This document shows positions 15,206 to 23,895 of a stretch of 24,000 nucleotides of DNA, piece by piece. Both the position numbers and the translations under genes were made by a program. The notes beneath the pieces are model-generated. The model saw only the letters and a list, made by a program, of their open reading frames with translations, was not told the DNA's origin and made no database searches. Source of the DNA: a candidate division WWE3 bacterium CG_4_9_14_0_2_um_filter_35_11 (GTDB lineage Bacteria > Patescibacteriota > WWE3 > 2-01-FULL-39-13). How positions within the stretch are numbered: position 1 is the stretch's first letter; each line of letters opens with the position of its first letter. The DNA is taken from the NCBI GenBank assembly GCA_002789015.1, contig PFSJ01000019.1, positions 26,012 to 50,011 on the forward strand, written 5' to 3'.

Positions 15206-16370
15206 AAATCTCCTCTAAATCATATGCTTTCGAATCCCAGCTATAATATTTTTCAATTATCTTTTTTGTTTCTGCATATCTATCAGGCTGAGCGTCAATT
15301 TTTAAAATTGCATCAGCCAATTCCTTAGCATCGATTTTCTCTAGGTATAACAAATTGGGGACATCAACAGTCAACTCAAATCCCGAAGCAACGACTTTGT
15401 TTCCACACGTCAATGCCTCGATTACAACTTTTGGCAATCCTTCGTGACTAGATGGCAATACAAAAAATTCGGCGCTTCTATAATATTTATGAGCAATAAA
15501 GTTGCTAACTTTCCCAAGATATTTGATACGAGATTCCAGATTATATTTTTTTATCAATGGATTTACAATTTCGTCTCTAAAGTCTTCGTCCCAAATACCA
15601 ACCAAAGATAATTTGAATTGAGTTGGCAAATAATGCAAGGATTCGACCAAAACATCAATATTTTTCCTCTTGCTAAGCCTCCCTATATTGAAAATAATCT
15701 TGTCATCACTTGAAAATCCTAAATCAACTTTCTCTCCTTCTTTTGCAAACCTATCCAAACTAACTGAATTTTCAACGACAACGATTGGAACCCTTGGGTT
15801 ATAAAATCTTTTCATTTCATCAACTAAACCAGTGCTAACAGCGATTAAAACTTTGGCGACCTTAGTGGACAGCAAGTCATTAAATTTCCAAATTGGATAT
15901 TCAAAGTATTTTGTCCAAAAATCCAAAGTTTGCCCCTGCTCTAGTGACGTTTCCTCACGACCCTTAATCGATCCATGATTAGTATGAACAACAGGAGTCT
16001 TATCAATAAATCCAAACAGATATTTGTATAACAAAAACCACACGCCCATTTGCTGGTGGTTGTGCACTATATCTATTTTTTTGAAAATCTTAAGGTAAGA
16101 ATAATACGGCAAGACGAAAAGCGATGTTGACAAAAATGGTCCAAATCGCCAAATAGCTCTCGGAAGATTATAAACCGTAATATTATTAGCTAATTTGTAG
16201 CTCAGTTTCCCTTGCTTCAGATTCTTTCCATTTAGATTACCGGTGAGGACGTATATTTGATTCCCCTGTATCTTTCCCTGAGCTATTGTTAAGTCGTATG
16301 GTCCGGGTGATAAACCTTCAGTTTGGACATTCTCGTCGGCAAAATCATAAATTATTCGGAGGATATTCAT
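15180..16370 (-). CDS. GT4-family (GT-B fold) glycosyltransferase
   Basis: 396 aa. C-terminal EGLPKVVIEALTCG (E-x7-E motif). Its length and layout are typical of GT4. Confidence 0.8.
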   Translation of the reverse strand: MNILRIIYDFADENVQTEGLSPGPYDLTIAQGKIQGNQIYVLTGNLNGKNLKQGKLSYKLANNITVYNLPRAIWRFGPFLSTSLFVLPYYSYLKIFKKIDIVHNHQQMGVWFLLYKYLFGFIDKTPVVHTNHGSIKGREETSLEQGQTLDFWTKYFEYPIWKFNDLLSTKVAKVLIAVSTGLVDEMKRFYNPRVPIVVVENSVSLDRFAKEGEKVDLGFSSDDKIIFNIGRLSKRKNIDVLVESLHYLPTQFKLSLVGIWDEDFRDEIVNPLIKKYNLESRIKYLGKVSNFIAHKYYRSAEFFVLPSSHEGLPKVVIEALTCGNKVVASGFELTVDVPNLLYLEKIDAKELADAILKIDAQPDRYAETKKIIEKYYSWDSKAYDLEEIYEKVLKQK

Positions 16371-17233
16371 AGTAATAACGCTCCTCCAATTAAACTAACC
16401 GTCAACCTCACTACATGCATCATTAATGAAACCGTTATTGAGACTTCCGAAGTAACCCCAACTCCGTTAAACAAAAATGCATATACGGTTTCTTGAGTTC
16501 CAAAGCCGTTAAATGAAGGAATCAAAAGAGAAAGCGATGCAATTGGCATGTACGCAAAAACGCCCCAAAGTGGCAATGTAATTCCCATGCCCATGAATAA
16601 TACATACGATGTGGCAAAGGATATCATTTGAACCAAAAATGAATATAAAATGACCATCGAACCATTTTTCTTGTCCTTTACGAAAAGGTCGCTCGCCCGT
16701 TTGAATTTATTCAAGAATTTAATTTTTTTGGAAAATAAATTTAAAACAGGAAAATATAGTGCTAATCCAATTACTAAAATAGCCGTTGCGGCTAAAACCC
16801 CAACAACTCCATACATAGATGAAATTCCAAATAGCCCAATTATAAGGAGTACAATAAGTCCACTAAATCTATCCATAAATACGCTAAAAAGCGCAGTTGC
16901 TTGGTCTTTGATTATATTCCCCAAACTTACGGACTTATAAACATCACCACCCATTTGTGTAGGCAAAAAGTTGTTATAAAAATAACCTTTTATATAGAGC
17001 TTAAATAAATCAATAACTTTAACGTGAACTTTGGAGGTAGACAGAATTGCTTGCCATCTTAAACTTGAAACTAATGTCCCCGATAAAAGCAAGATCAAAG
17101 CGAAAATTATAAATATAGGATTGTATGATAAAACTCCAAGTCTAATCTTTTCAAAATCTTGAGTATAAAGTAGATACGAAATCAAACTTACGCTTATACC
17201 GACACGAATAAGTGTTTTAAAAACTTTTCCCAT
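16367..17233 (-). CDS. Flippase-like / lysyl-PG-synthase-TM (UPF0104) family membrane protein
   Basis: Polytopic with an LRWQAIL block. I prefer the ATG at 17233, one nt after the upstream stop, over the TTG at 17296 used by the track. Confidence 0.6.
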   Translation of the reverse strand: MGKVFKTLIRVGISVSLISYLLYTQDFEKIRLGVLSYNPIFIIFALILLLSGTLVSSLRWQAILSTSKVHVKVIDLFKLYIKGYFYNNFLPTQMGGDVYKSVSLGNIIKDQATALFSVFMDRFSGLIVLLIIGLFGISSMYGVVGVLAATAILVIGLALYFPVLNLFSKKIKFLNKFKRASDLFVKDKKNGSMVILYSFLVQMISFATSYVLFMGMGITLPLWGVFAYMPIASLSLLIPSFNGFGTQETVYAFLFNGVGVTSEVSITVSLMMHVVRLTVSLIGGALLL

Positions 17234-17234
17234 T

Positions 17235-18296
17235 TTAAGATTCAGATTTTCTTGAAATCTGTCTGACCATGTACGGCTTTCTACCCGATGATTCAAAATA
17301 GATTCTCATCAATAGCTCACCTAGCATCCCAAACATGGCCATAATTACGCCAAGAACAACCATTAATATCCCCGTTGTGAATAAAGGCCTGTCAGAAAGC
17401 GCGGAACCAAATACTAATTTACCCAAAATCAAAATAAATGAAATAAACCCGCCCGAAACAGCCATAATTGCACCCGTAAACCCAAATAACCTGCCTGGCA
17501 TCATGGTGTGTGGTTTTTTCGCAAAATAAAGCATGAATAATAAAGTTGTTAAATCAAGTAAAACTTTAACAGTTCTTTTGTGACCTTTATATGCTGAAAC
17601 TCCAAATTCTCTATCTTGAAATTTTGTACTAAATTCAACGATTCTTGCTCCATAAACACTAACATAATCTGGAATAAATCTGTGCATGTCACCATAAAAC
17701 TTTAAATTTTGCGCAAGTGGAGCGATCATGCCCTTCATTCCGCTTCCTCTATCTTGAATATCCATTCCTGAAATTTTCTTTATTATTCTATTTGCATAAC
17801 CGCTTTTAACTGCACGATCCCCACCCCATCTACCAACACGATTTGTGTTAACAAAATCATAACCAGAATCTAAATAATCAATAATTCTATTTATATTTTC
17901 AAGTGGAGTTTCAAGATCAGCAGAACAAATCAAAACATAATCTCCAGTTGCTATATCAAAACCAGCTTGGTAAGCCTGTGATTGACCAAAATTACCTAAT
18001 TGTTGAATACCAATAACCTGTGAGTGTTTTTTTGAATAACTTTCAATAATATTCCATGTATCATCTTTGCTTCCATCATCAACAGGAATAATTTCAAACT
18101 TATAATCAGACTTCTTTTCCTGATCTAACAAACCATCAATCGTTTTACCAATATTTCCGGACTCGTTATAACAAGGAATAACAATTGAAACAATTCCATT
18201 TTCAGACCTTCTCTTAATAAGACGTGCAATATCCTTAACATTGGATGTGACTATTTCGGCAGGAGCTTCGTTATTGGACTTTTCTTTTGTATCCAT
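17235..18296 (-). CDS. GT2 glycosyltransferase with C-terminal TM helices (polyprenyl-phosphate sugar synthase, GtrB/ArnC/Dpm1-like)
   Basis: 353 aa with IVIPCYNESGNI, VDDGSKDDT and SADLE, followed by two hydrophobic helices. Confidence 0.8.
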   Translation of the reverse strand: MDTKEKSNNEAPAEIVTSNVKDIARLIKRRSENGIVSIVIPCYNESGNIGKTIDGLLDQEKKSDYKFEIIPVDDGSKDDTWNIIESYSKKHSQVIGIQQLGNFGQSQAYQAGFDIATGDYVLICSADLETPLENINRIIDYLDSGYDFVNTNRVGRWGGDRAVKSGYANRIIKKISGMDIQDRGSGMKGMIAPLAQNLKFYGDMHRFIPDYVSVYGARIVEFSTKFQDREFGVSAYKGHKRTVKVLLDLTTLLFMLYFAKKPHTMMPGRLFGFTGAIMAVSGGFISFILILGKLVFGSALSDRPLFTTGILMVVLGVIMAMFGMLGELLMRIYFESSGRKPYMVRQISRKSES

Positions 18297-18318
18297 ATTT
18301 AAATTTGTAAAAACTAAT

Positions 18319-19278
18319 CTATGCTACTAATCTTTCCCTTGTCGTGTATATTAACTTATTCTGTCCTTCGAAGTATGTTCTTATTATTATTTCACCAAGA
18401 ATTCCAAAGACTAAAAACATTGCGCCCAAAATTAAAAGTAAAATTGAAAGCATTAATAAAGGACGCGTTCCAATGTCTTGACCAAATGCAATCTTTTGAT
18501 ACGTGAGAAATGCTCCGCCTGCTAATCCAAGAAAAGCAGAAATACTGCCAAGTCCACCAAATAATCTAATTGGAGCCATGTGAAATGGAGGTGTTGTCGC
18601 CGAAACAAAAAACTTTAAGAATATAATGTCGAATATAAACTTAAATAAGCTGGTTTTTGGAGCGATGTATGACAAATCCTTAGGTTTAGTATGTTTTATT
18701 TTAATTTCTTCAAATTTAGCACCGTATAAAGTTGCCAAAACGGGAAGATACATATAAGCGTCTCCAAAAAGTTTTATGTTATCGATGACTTCTCTTTCAA
18801 AAGCACGAACAGGAGAAGTTACGTCTGCAAAACTATTTTTTGAAACAAATTTCAAAACACTATGTGCAAGTGAAGATCTAATTCTTGAGAAAAGCCTTCC
18901 ATCATATCTTTGAGATCTAACACCAATTACCATATCATTATCTTTTTTAATAAGTGCATCATATAAATCTGAAAGGTCTGCTGGATCATTTTCCAAGGAC
19001 GCTCCTATAGTTAAAACCGACATTCCTTTCGAAATATCAAAACCAGCTTGAAGTGCAGCTGACTGACCATAATTCCTTCTAAAATCGATAGCTTTAATGT
19101 GAGGGTCTTTTTTTTGAAAAGCCGAGATAATCTTCCAGGAATTATCTACAGATCCATCATTAACAAAAATCAATTCATATGACTTGCCTATATTCTCGAA
19201 AACGTCTGTCAACCCTTTATACAACTCTTCGATGGTCGACTCGTTATTATAAATTGGTACTACTGTTGAAATATCCAT
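18319..19278 (-). CDS. Second GT2 glycosyltransferase with C-terminal TM helices (GtrB/ArnC-like paralogue)
   Basis: VVPIYNNESTI and VNDGSVDNS, with C-terminal TM helices. I start it at ATG 19278, which is preceded by AAGGAA; the track start at 19344 is a GTG inside the upstream gene. Confidence 0.8.
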   Translation of the reverse strand: MDISTVVPIYNNESTIEELYKGLTDVFENIGKSYELIFVNDGSVDNSWKIISAFQKKDPHIKAIDFRRNYGQSAALQAGFDISKGMSVLTIGASLENDPADLSDLYDALIKKDNDMVIGVRSQRYDGRLFSRIRSSLAHSVLKFVSKNSFADVTSPVRAFEREVIDNIKLFGDAYMYLPVLATLYGAKFEEIKIKHTKPKDLSYIAPKTSLFKFIFDIIFLKFFVSATTPPFHMAPIRLFGGLGSISAFLGLAGGAFLTYQKIAFGQDIGTRPLLMLSILLLILGAMFLVFGILGEIIIRTYFEGQNKLIYTTRERLVA

Positions 19279-19316
19279 AATGGTTTCCTTCCGCAGGAAG
19301 CTCTGCCTAAATAATA

Positions 19317-20396
19317 CTACACATCTGACATGGTTTGATACCACTCTGGCATCAACTTAAAAACTTCGACTTGACGTCTCACTGTCTCGTTTAGTTTCAT
19401 TTTCGGTTTATATCCAAGCCTTTTTTTAGCTTTTGAAATATCAGCACTAGAAACTACGTCAGCGACATCCTTGTCACCAATTTCCAGCATAACGTCAGTT
19501 CCATAATGTTTTCCAATTGCATCAAGCCATTGTTGAATCGATTGAGGATCTGATGTTCCGATATTATAAACTTCAAAATTAAAATCAGAATCTAAAGCAA
19601 GAATAATTCCATCAACTTCATCATCTATATAAGTACTGTCCTTTGCCGTATTAAGGCCGTTTTTACCGTATATATTCATCGTCTTTTTATTGTGGACAAA
19701 ATTCAATGCCCTTTGCATAAACATTCCTTTTGGGCGTTGGAGTGGCCCATAGATTGGCCCAAAGATTCTAATTACAACACAATTTAAACCAAATATTGCA
19801 TTCGCTGAGTGGCATAAAACTTCACCCGCGACTTTTGTGGCACCATAAATCGAGACCGCCTTTGTAACATCGTCTGTTTCTTCAACCTTTTTATCATTTC
19901 TATCACCATATACAGAAGAAGAAGATCCAAATAAAAACTTTTTAACACCATGTTCTTTAGAGAGGTTTAAAAGATTTACAGTTCCGTCAACATTTACTGT
20001 TGTGTAAAGTCTTGGATTTTTAGTTGAAACAGGAACCCCTGCCCAAGCAGCAAGATGAACTACTGCATCAAACTCTTCTTTAATAAAAAGATCCTGCAAT
20101 GCATCAAAATTAGTAATATCAATCTCGTAGAATGAAAAATGGCCGGGTTTATCAGATTTTTTTCCACTAAAATAACCTTCTATTTTTTTGTAAACTGGGG
20201 AAACTGTTTTATACGGGAAAAACTGTGTTTTCCTGCCGGAGGCTAAATTAACAAGATCAACATTAAATTCTTTACAGTTACGAGGATAATAAGAACTGAA
20301 ATTATCTATTCCACAAACATCATCTCCACGCCATAAAAGCGCACGTGAAACATAACTTCCTATAAAACCTGCCGCACCTGTTACTAAAACCTTCAT
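19317..20396 (-). CDS. NAD-dependent nucleotide-sugar epimerase/dehydratase (extended SDR; UDP-glucuronate 4-epimerase-like)
   Basis: 359 aa with MKVLVTGAAGFIGS, GIDNFSSYY, SSSSVYG and YGATK (YxxxK). Confidence 0.75.
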   Translation of the reverse strand: MKVLVTGAAGFIGSYVSRALLWRGDDVCGIDNFSSYYPRNCKEFNVDLVNLASGRKTQFFPYKTVSPVYKKIEGYFSGKKSDKPGHFSFYEIDITNFDALQDLFIKEEFDAVVHLAAWAGVPVSTKNPRLYTTVNVDGTVNLLNLSKEHGVKKFLFGSSSSVYGDRNDKKVEETDDVTKAVSIYGATKVAGEVLCHSANAIFGLNCVVIRIFGPIYGPLQRPKGMFMQRALNFVHNKKTMNIYGKNGLNTAKDSTYIDDEVDGIILALDSDFNFEVYNIGTSDPQSIQQWLDAIGKHYGTDVMLEIGDKDVADVVSSADISKAKKRLGYKPKMKLNETVRRQVEVFKLMPEWYQTMSDV

Positions 20397-20405
20397 ATGG
20401 AACTG

Positions 20406-20414
20406 ATTTTAACA
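20406..20414 (-). promoter_or_regulatory. Extended -10 box TGTTAAAAT, 9 nt upstream of the ATG at 20396
   Basis: The minus strand reads TGTTAAAATcagttccatATG. Confidence 0.5.
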
Positions 20415-20437
20415 TACCAACTATAATAATATTTCTA

Positions 20438-21376
20438 TCAAGTAAGAGATTTTATCCAGTTAATAGTAGTTTTCAAACCTTCATCAAAACCAACCAGCGG
20501 TTTATACCCCAAGATACGACTTGCTTTTGAAATATCTGCTAAAGAAGATTTAACATCGGCAGGTCTTCCTTCAGAATACGTTGATGAAATTTTTTTACCT
20601 GTGACGTTGCAAATTTTATAAACAAGATCATTTAACGAAATAGATTTACCACAAGCAATATTAAAGACTTCTCCGAAAGAAGCTTTATTACTTGTGTCAC
20701 AGGCTATCAAATTAGCAGAAACAACATTATCTACAAAAGTAAAATCGCGCGAATTGCTCCCGTCGCCATAAATTGTTGGGCTTTTATCATGCAAAAACAT
20801 ATTTACAAACTTAGGTATAACTGCTGAGTATTCGGATCTAAATGATTGATTTGGACCAAAAACATTGAAATACCTAAAAGTTATAGTCTCTAAACCATAT
20901 AATCTAAAGAAAACTTTGCAGTACTCCTCTCCTGCAAGTTTCTGAATAGCATATGGTGATTTTGGATTTGTTGGCATTGATTCAACCTTATATTTTGAAT
21001 CCAAATCGCCATAAACAGAGGATGACCCCGCATACACAAACCTTTTCACTCCATTATCCCTTGCAGAAATAAGCATATTAAGTGTACCTAATACATTAAT
21101 TTCATTCGTTTGGATTGGGTCTTCAACCGATCTTAACACTGATGGCAATGCCGCATGGTGTAATACATAGTCAATGCCTTTCGTTACTGATAATGCCAAG
21201 TCAATATTAGAAATATCACCATTAATAAATTCGACGTCATCAATACAATCAGTTAAATTTGATAAACTTCCTGTGGATAAATTATCAACTATACGAACGC
21301 TATCATTTCTAGCTAAAATCTTTTTAACTATATTCGAACCAATAAAACCGGCACCACCTGTTACTAGAACTTTCAT
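20438..21376 (-). CDS. NAD-dependent nucleotide-sugar 4-epimerase (WbpP/WbgU-like, UDP-GlcNAc/UDP-Glc 4-epimerase type)
   Basis: 312 aa with MKVLVTGGAGFIGS, DNLSTGSLSNL, FINGDISN, SPYAIQK, RYFNVFGP and GDGSNSRDF. Confidence 0.75.
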   Translation of the reverse strand: MKVLVTGGAGFIGSNIVKKILARNDSVRIVDNLSTGSLSNLTDCIDDVEFINGDISNIDLALSVTKGIDYVLHHAALPSVLRSVEDPIQTNEINVLGTLNMLISARDNGVKRFVYAGSSSVYGDLDSKYKVESMPTNPKSPYAIQKLAGEEYCKVFFRLYGLETITFRYFNVFGPNQSFRSEYSAVIPKFVNMFLHDKSPTIYGDGSNSRDFTFVDNVVSANLIACDTSNKASFGEVFNIACGKSISLNDLVYKICNVTGKKISSTYSEGRPADVKSSLADISKASRILGYKPLVGFDEGLKTTINWIKSLT

Positions 21377-21385
21377 ATGACAAGG

Positions 21386-21394
21386 ATTTTAGCA
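21386..21394 (-). promoter_or_regulatory. Extended -10 box TGCTAAAAT, 9 nt upstream of the ATG at 21376
   Basis: The minus strand reads TTATTGTGCTAAAATccttgtcatATG. The TTATTGTGCTA.AAT part is shared with the promoter at 1743-1751. Confidence 0.55.
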
Positions 21395-21434
21395 CAATAA
21401 AAAGGATTCAAAATGAGAAACCTGATATATTGAT

Positions 21435-22346
21435 ATGGATAATATGAATCAAATTACATCTATAATACCAGTAAGAGATGAAACTACTCAAATTCCACAG
21501 GTTTCATATATAGCCGACCCAGTACAAAACGGAGCTACTGGAAGGTATTGGGCACCGTCAAAACCAACAAATCCAAATCCTGGACAACATACAATATACG
21601 TAAGCGAGGAGTCCTATAAAGACCAAGAACCTCCTTGGATTTGCGAGTTAGATGATGACTACATCTCCGATAGATTCCTACCTTTCACAAACGATTTAAT
21701 ATTTGCTTACCGAAGAATATCAAACAAAGCAAATAAAGAACGAATTATCAACTCTGAAATTCAGGATATATTAAATGAAAGTGTTAGAGAACATGAAAAA
21801 TCCCATTTAAGACAAGAGATCATATATAGCCTTGCAGACATCGACACCAAAATTGATTTGAGAAAGTCAAATTTAGACTTAGCTATAGAATTAGAACTTA
21901 AATTAGATGCATTAAAGGAAATAATCGCATTTCTCGATCAAATTGACTACTTACAAAAGGCTAGTCAAATGTCCGAGCAAGATATTTTGGCTAATATCTT
22001 TGGCGCAAATTTAATATCTGGATTAAGATTTCAAACTCCCAACAAATCAGCTTTAGAAATCTTGCTTAATAGTATTTCTACAAAAGATTATGGTCTACCA
22101 AACCTAGGGTCGAAATATATTTTAGCAATTCTAGCTACCATCTTGGAAGACACGGATATTTTAGAAAAACTAGAAAGACAAGAAACTACCCCAAAAAAAG
22201 TTACTGAAAATTTTGCAAATGCTATTACTACTATGCATCTTGGAAACGAAGCGCATAACTATCGACAAGGGCTATTAAGAAAAGCCCATGAAAAAATGGC
22301 CGAAACAACTTTAAAGATTGTTAACGCAGGAAAAAAAGAAGGTTAA
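21435..22346 (+). CDS. Hypothetical protein (303 aa), no recognisable domain
   Basis: A long ORF in an otherwise empty stretch. TGATATATT ends 3 nt before ATG 21435, so ATG 21444 is an alternative start. Confidence 0.6.
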   Translation: MDNMNQITSIIPVRDETTQIPQVSYIADPVQNGATGRYWAPSKPTNPNPGQHTIYVSEESYKDQEPPWICELDDDYISDRFLPFTNDLIFAYRRISNKANKERIINSEIQDILNESVREHEKSHLRQEIIYSLADIDTKIDLRKSNLDLAIELELKLDALKEIIAFLDQIDYLQKASQMSEQDILANIFGANLISGLRFQTPNKSALEILLNSISTKDYGLPNLGSKYILAILATILEDTDILEKLERQETTPKKVTENFANAITTMHLGNEAHNYRQGLLRKAHEKMAETTLKIVNAGKKEG

Positions 22347-23050
22347 ACAATGTCCCAAAGCGCCATGTATTCATCACGGCCTACACCAAGCCTTTCTAAA
22401 TAGGCTTTAGCACTAATGGTTTTACGTAACAATTTCCATTCATGTGTAATTCCAGTTCCAGTTTTCATATCTTCAACGCCAATTGGGTTACTTACTACAT
22501 GTGCGAATCTAGTTTCAAGTCCAAGTTTTGCACGTTCACGAGCAATATGAACCGCATAGATAGTTTCTTCTCCACCACCCAAGGGACCTTCAACTGTCTT
22601 ACCATCAACCTCAACAGACGACGTTCCAACGACGCCGTTTTCTGACATATTAAGTAAATCATCAGGTAATGCTCTTAGAATACTTACTGCTTCGGGAGAA
22701 TATAAAAACGCATAGTTATAACCCATAAGTCCTGGAGCAGAGCCATTATTTCCCTGTGGGCCGACATACCAACTAACGGCTTGATATTTACCAGTGCGTA
22801 TCATTTCTAAACCAGAATCTACTTGTTTGGCTGTTAATCCCGCGCCAGGACTTACTGACAACAGTGGCAACTTATCAGCACCTTCTACACGAAACGCATC
22901 TCTTAAAACACCAAATCCCCATGATTTAGGATCAACCTCTAAAACAGGTTTTGAATCAGAATGTAAGTATTGAGTGTCTAACAAACTAGGCGTCCCTTTT
23001 TCACCTGTTTGAGTTGCAAGAATAACCCCATTTGGCAAATTATGTTGCAC
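22343..23050 (-). CDS. Hypothetical protein (235 aa, GTG start); possibly the C-terminal part of a disrupted longer gene
   Basis: A long ORF rich in Gly/Pro/Ala/Val and visibly more GC-rich than its surroundings. The frame stays open upstream of the GTG to 23107 with no other start codon. Confidence 0.55.
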   Translation of the reverse strand: MQHNLPNGVILATQTGEKGTPSLLDTQYLHSDSKPVLEVDPKSWGFGVLRDAFRVEGADKLPLLSVSPGAGLTAKQVDSGLEMIRTGKYQAVSWYVGPQGNNGSAPGLMGYNYAFLYSPEAVSILRALPDDLLNMSENGVVGTSSVEVDGKTVEGPLGGGEETIYAVHIARERAKLGLETRFAHVVSNPIGVEDMKTGTGITHEWKLLRKTISAKAYLERLGVGRDEYMALWDIV

Positions 23051-23164
23051 AAAATCGGTTATCCACTCTTCTGGGCTTTGGCCGAATGACCTTAAAACAA
23101 CATTAAATCAACATCGAAAAAATCATTTTCTGTTAGCTTTGGGCCCACGTATTCGACCTCTTCC

Positions 23165-23623
23165 TCAATTTCGCAGATCGCAAGATATAACATAACTTAT
23201 AAATTCATCAGAACTAGCGGTAATTAAGTGACCACTAAAATCCACCATTCCGCCGAACACACCGTATGAACCCTTCCCGTATGTGACCGAAGATGACCTA
23301 ATATCAAGATATAAACATTTGTCAGCTAAGTCACAGAAAATTATATTGGTGCCGATTATTTGTGTCCCCATTATCTTCTTTTGCAAATCTCTGCTCCAAA
23401 TATTTCTTTTAAAATCTGTTTCACAAATATCTAGTTCAACACTGTCTCCTTTGACCAAAAATCTTTTACATGAAATGCCTTTACCATTAAAATTTTTTGG
23501 GTTTTCAGACTTCTTAAGGTCAAAATATTCATTGGCTTCGTTTTCCTCTTCCCTCGAAAGAACCGGACTATCAACCCATTTATATGTAACTTTTTTACTT
23601 TTTAAAGAAAAATATTCGTTCAT
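23165..23623 (-). CDS. Hypothetical protein (152 aa); possibly the N-terminal part of the same disrupted gene
   Basis: The ORF is in the same reading frame as 22343-23050. I recognise no confident domain. Confidence 0.5.
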   Translation of the reverse strand: MNEYFSLKSKKVTYKWVDSPVLSREEENEANEYFDLKKSENPKNFNGKGISCKRFLVKGDSVELDICETDFKRNIWSRDLQKKIMGTQIIGTNIIFCDLADKCLYLDIRSSSVTYGKGSYGVFGGMVDFSGHLITASSDEFISYVISCDLRN

Positions 23624-23832
23624 ATTTATTTCTGAATAACTATCTTATCCATTCGCTAGGATGAAATCGCTGTGATATCTACCAAATAAGAAACCGTTTG
23701 CTTAAATATCGGGGATGTCTTTTTTTCAAGTCGGTCTGTAATAGTTTTCGAATCGAACATAATACGAAGAGTTTACAACATCAACAGAATTTAGTGAAAT
23801 TAGAAATGATAAATTTGAAGATATTAAAAGGC

Positions 23833-23861
23833 AAAAAAAAAGCGGTCGCGAAAGCGACCGC
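23833..23861 (-). terminator. Rho-independent terminator of the RRM gene
   Basis: The minus strand reads GCGGTCGC-TTTC-GCGACCGC followed by nine T. This is a perfect 8-bp GC-rich stem with a tetraloop, about 35 nt after the stop codon. Confidence 0.85.
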
Positions 23862-23895
23862 CGATTCTTAAGACGATTAGGTCTTTACCTAAAGC

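Noticed and set aside
14531-16370. A GT4-histidine kinase fusion hidden by a frameshift.
   Set aside because: The GT4 protein has a complete C-terminus for its family. The kinase has its own GAGGAG ribosome-binding site and ATG. The 26-nt overlap is in line with other overlaps in this window.
8863-19344. Long 5' extensions in the track ORFs 8863-9252, 6729-7025, 16367-17296 and 18319-19344.
   Set aside because: The extensions begin at non-ATG codons or add non-homologous residues that overlap the upstream gene. Internal ATGs (9210, 6998, 17233, 19278) align with the family N-termini and have a -10 box, tight coupling or an AGGA site.
23165-23300. Calling the 152-aa ORF a Nudix hydrolase.
   Set aside because: The resemblance rests on a few residues. 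The in-frame version lacks the catalytic Glu pair, and the better EE.G-like string lies in a different frame. I mention it only as a clue under the frameshift finding.
1609-23639. About 30 short ORFs from the track lie antisense to, or out of frame within, the large genes. Examples are 1609-1824, 2080-2292, 2467-2920, 3595-3804, 3999-4238, 4903-5127, 5467-6279, 6751-6957, 7276-7473, 7974-8198 and 8521-8847. Further examples are 9218-9568, 9739-9921, 10150-11052, 11340-11531, 11984-12294, 13429-13665, 16650-16940, 17335-17529, 18321-18506, 21174-21380, 22442-22645 and 23283-23639.
   Set aside because: Each is fully or largely embedded in a longer ORF with clear family motifs. Their translations are low-complexity (Leu/Ser/Phe/Ile-rich), as expected for shadow frames in AT-rich DNA, and none has its own start signal.
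23640-23832. The roughly 190-nt non-coding stretch between the terminator and the 152-aa ORF as a small RNA or tRNA locus.
   Set aside because: I could not find a convincing stem-loop set, a cloverleaf or a conserved box. It probably contains only a promoter region for the downstream ORF.
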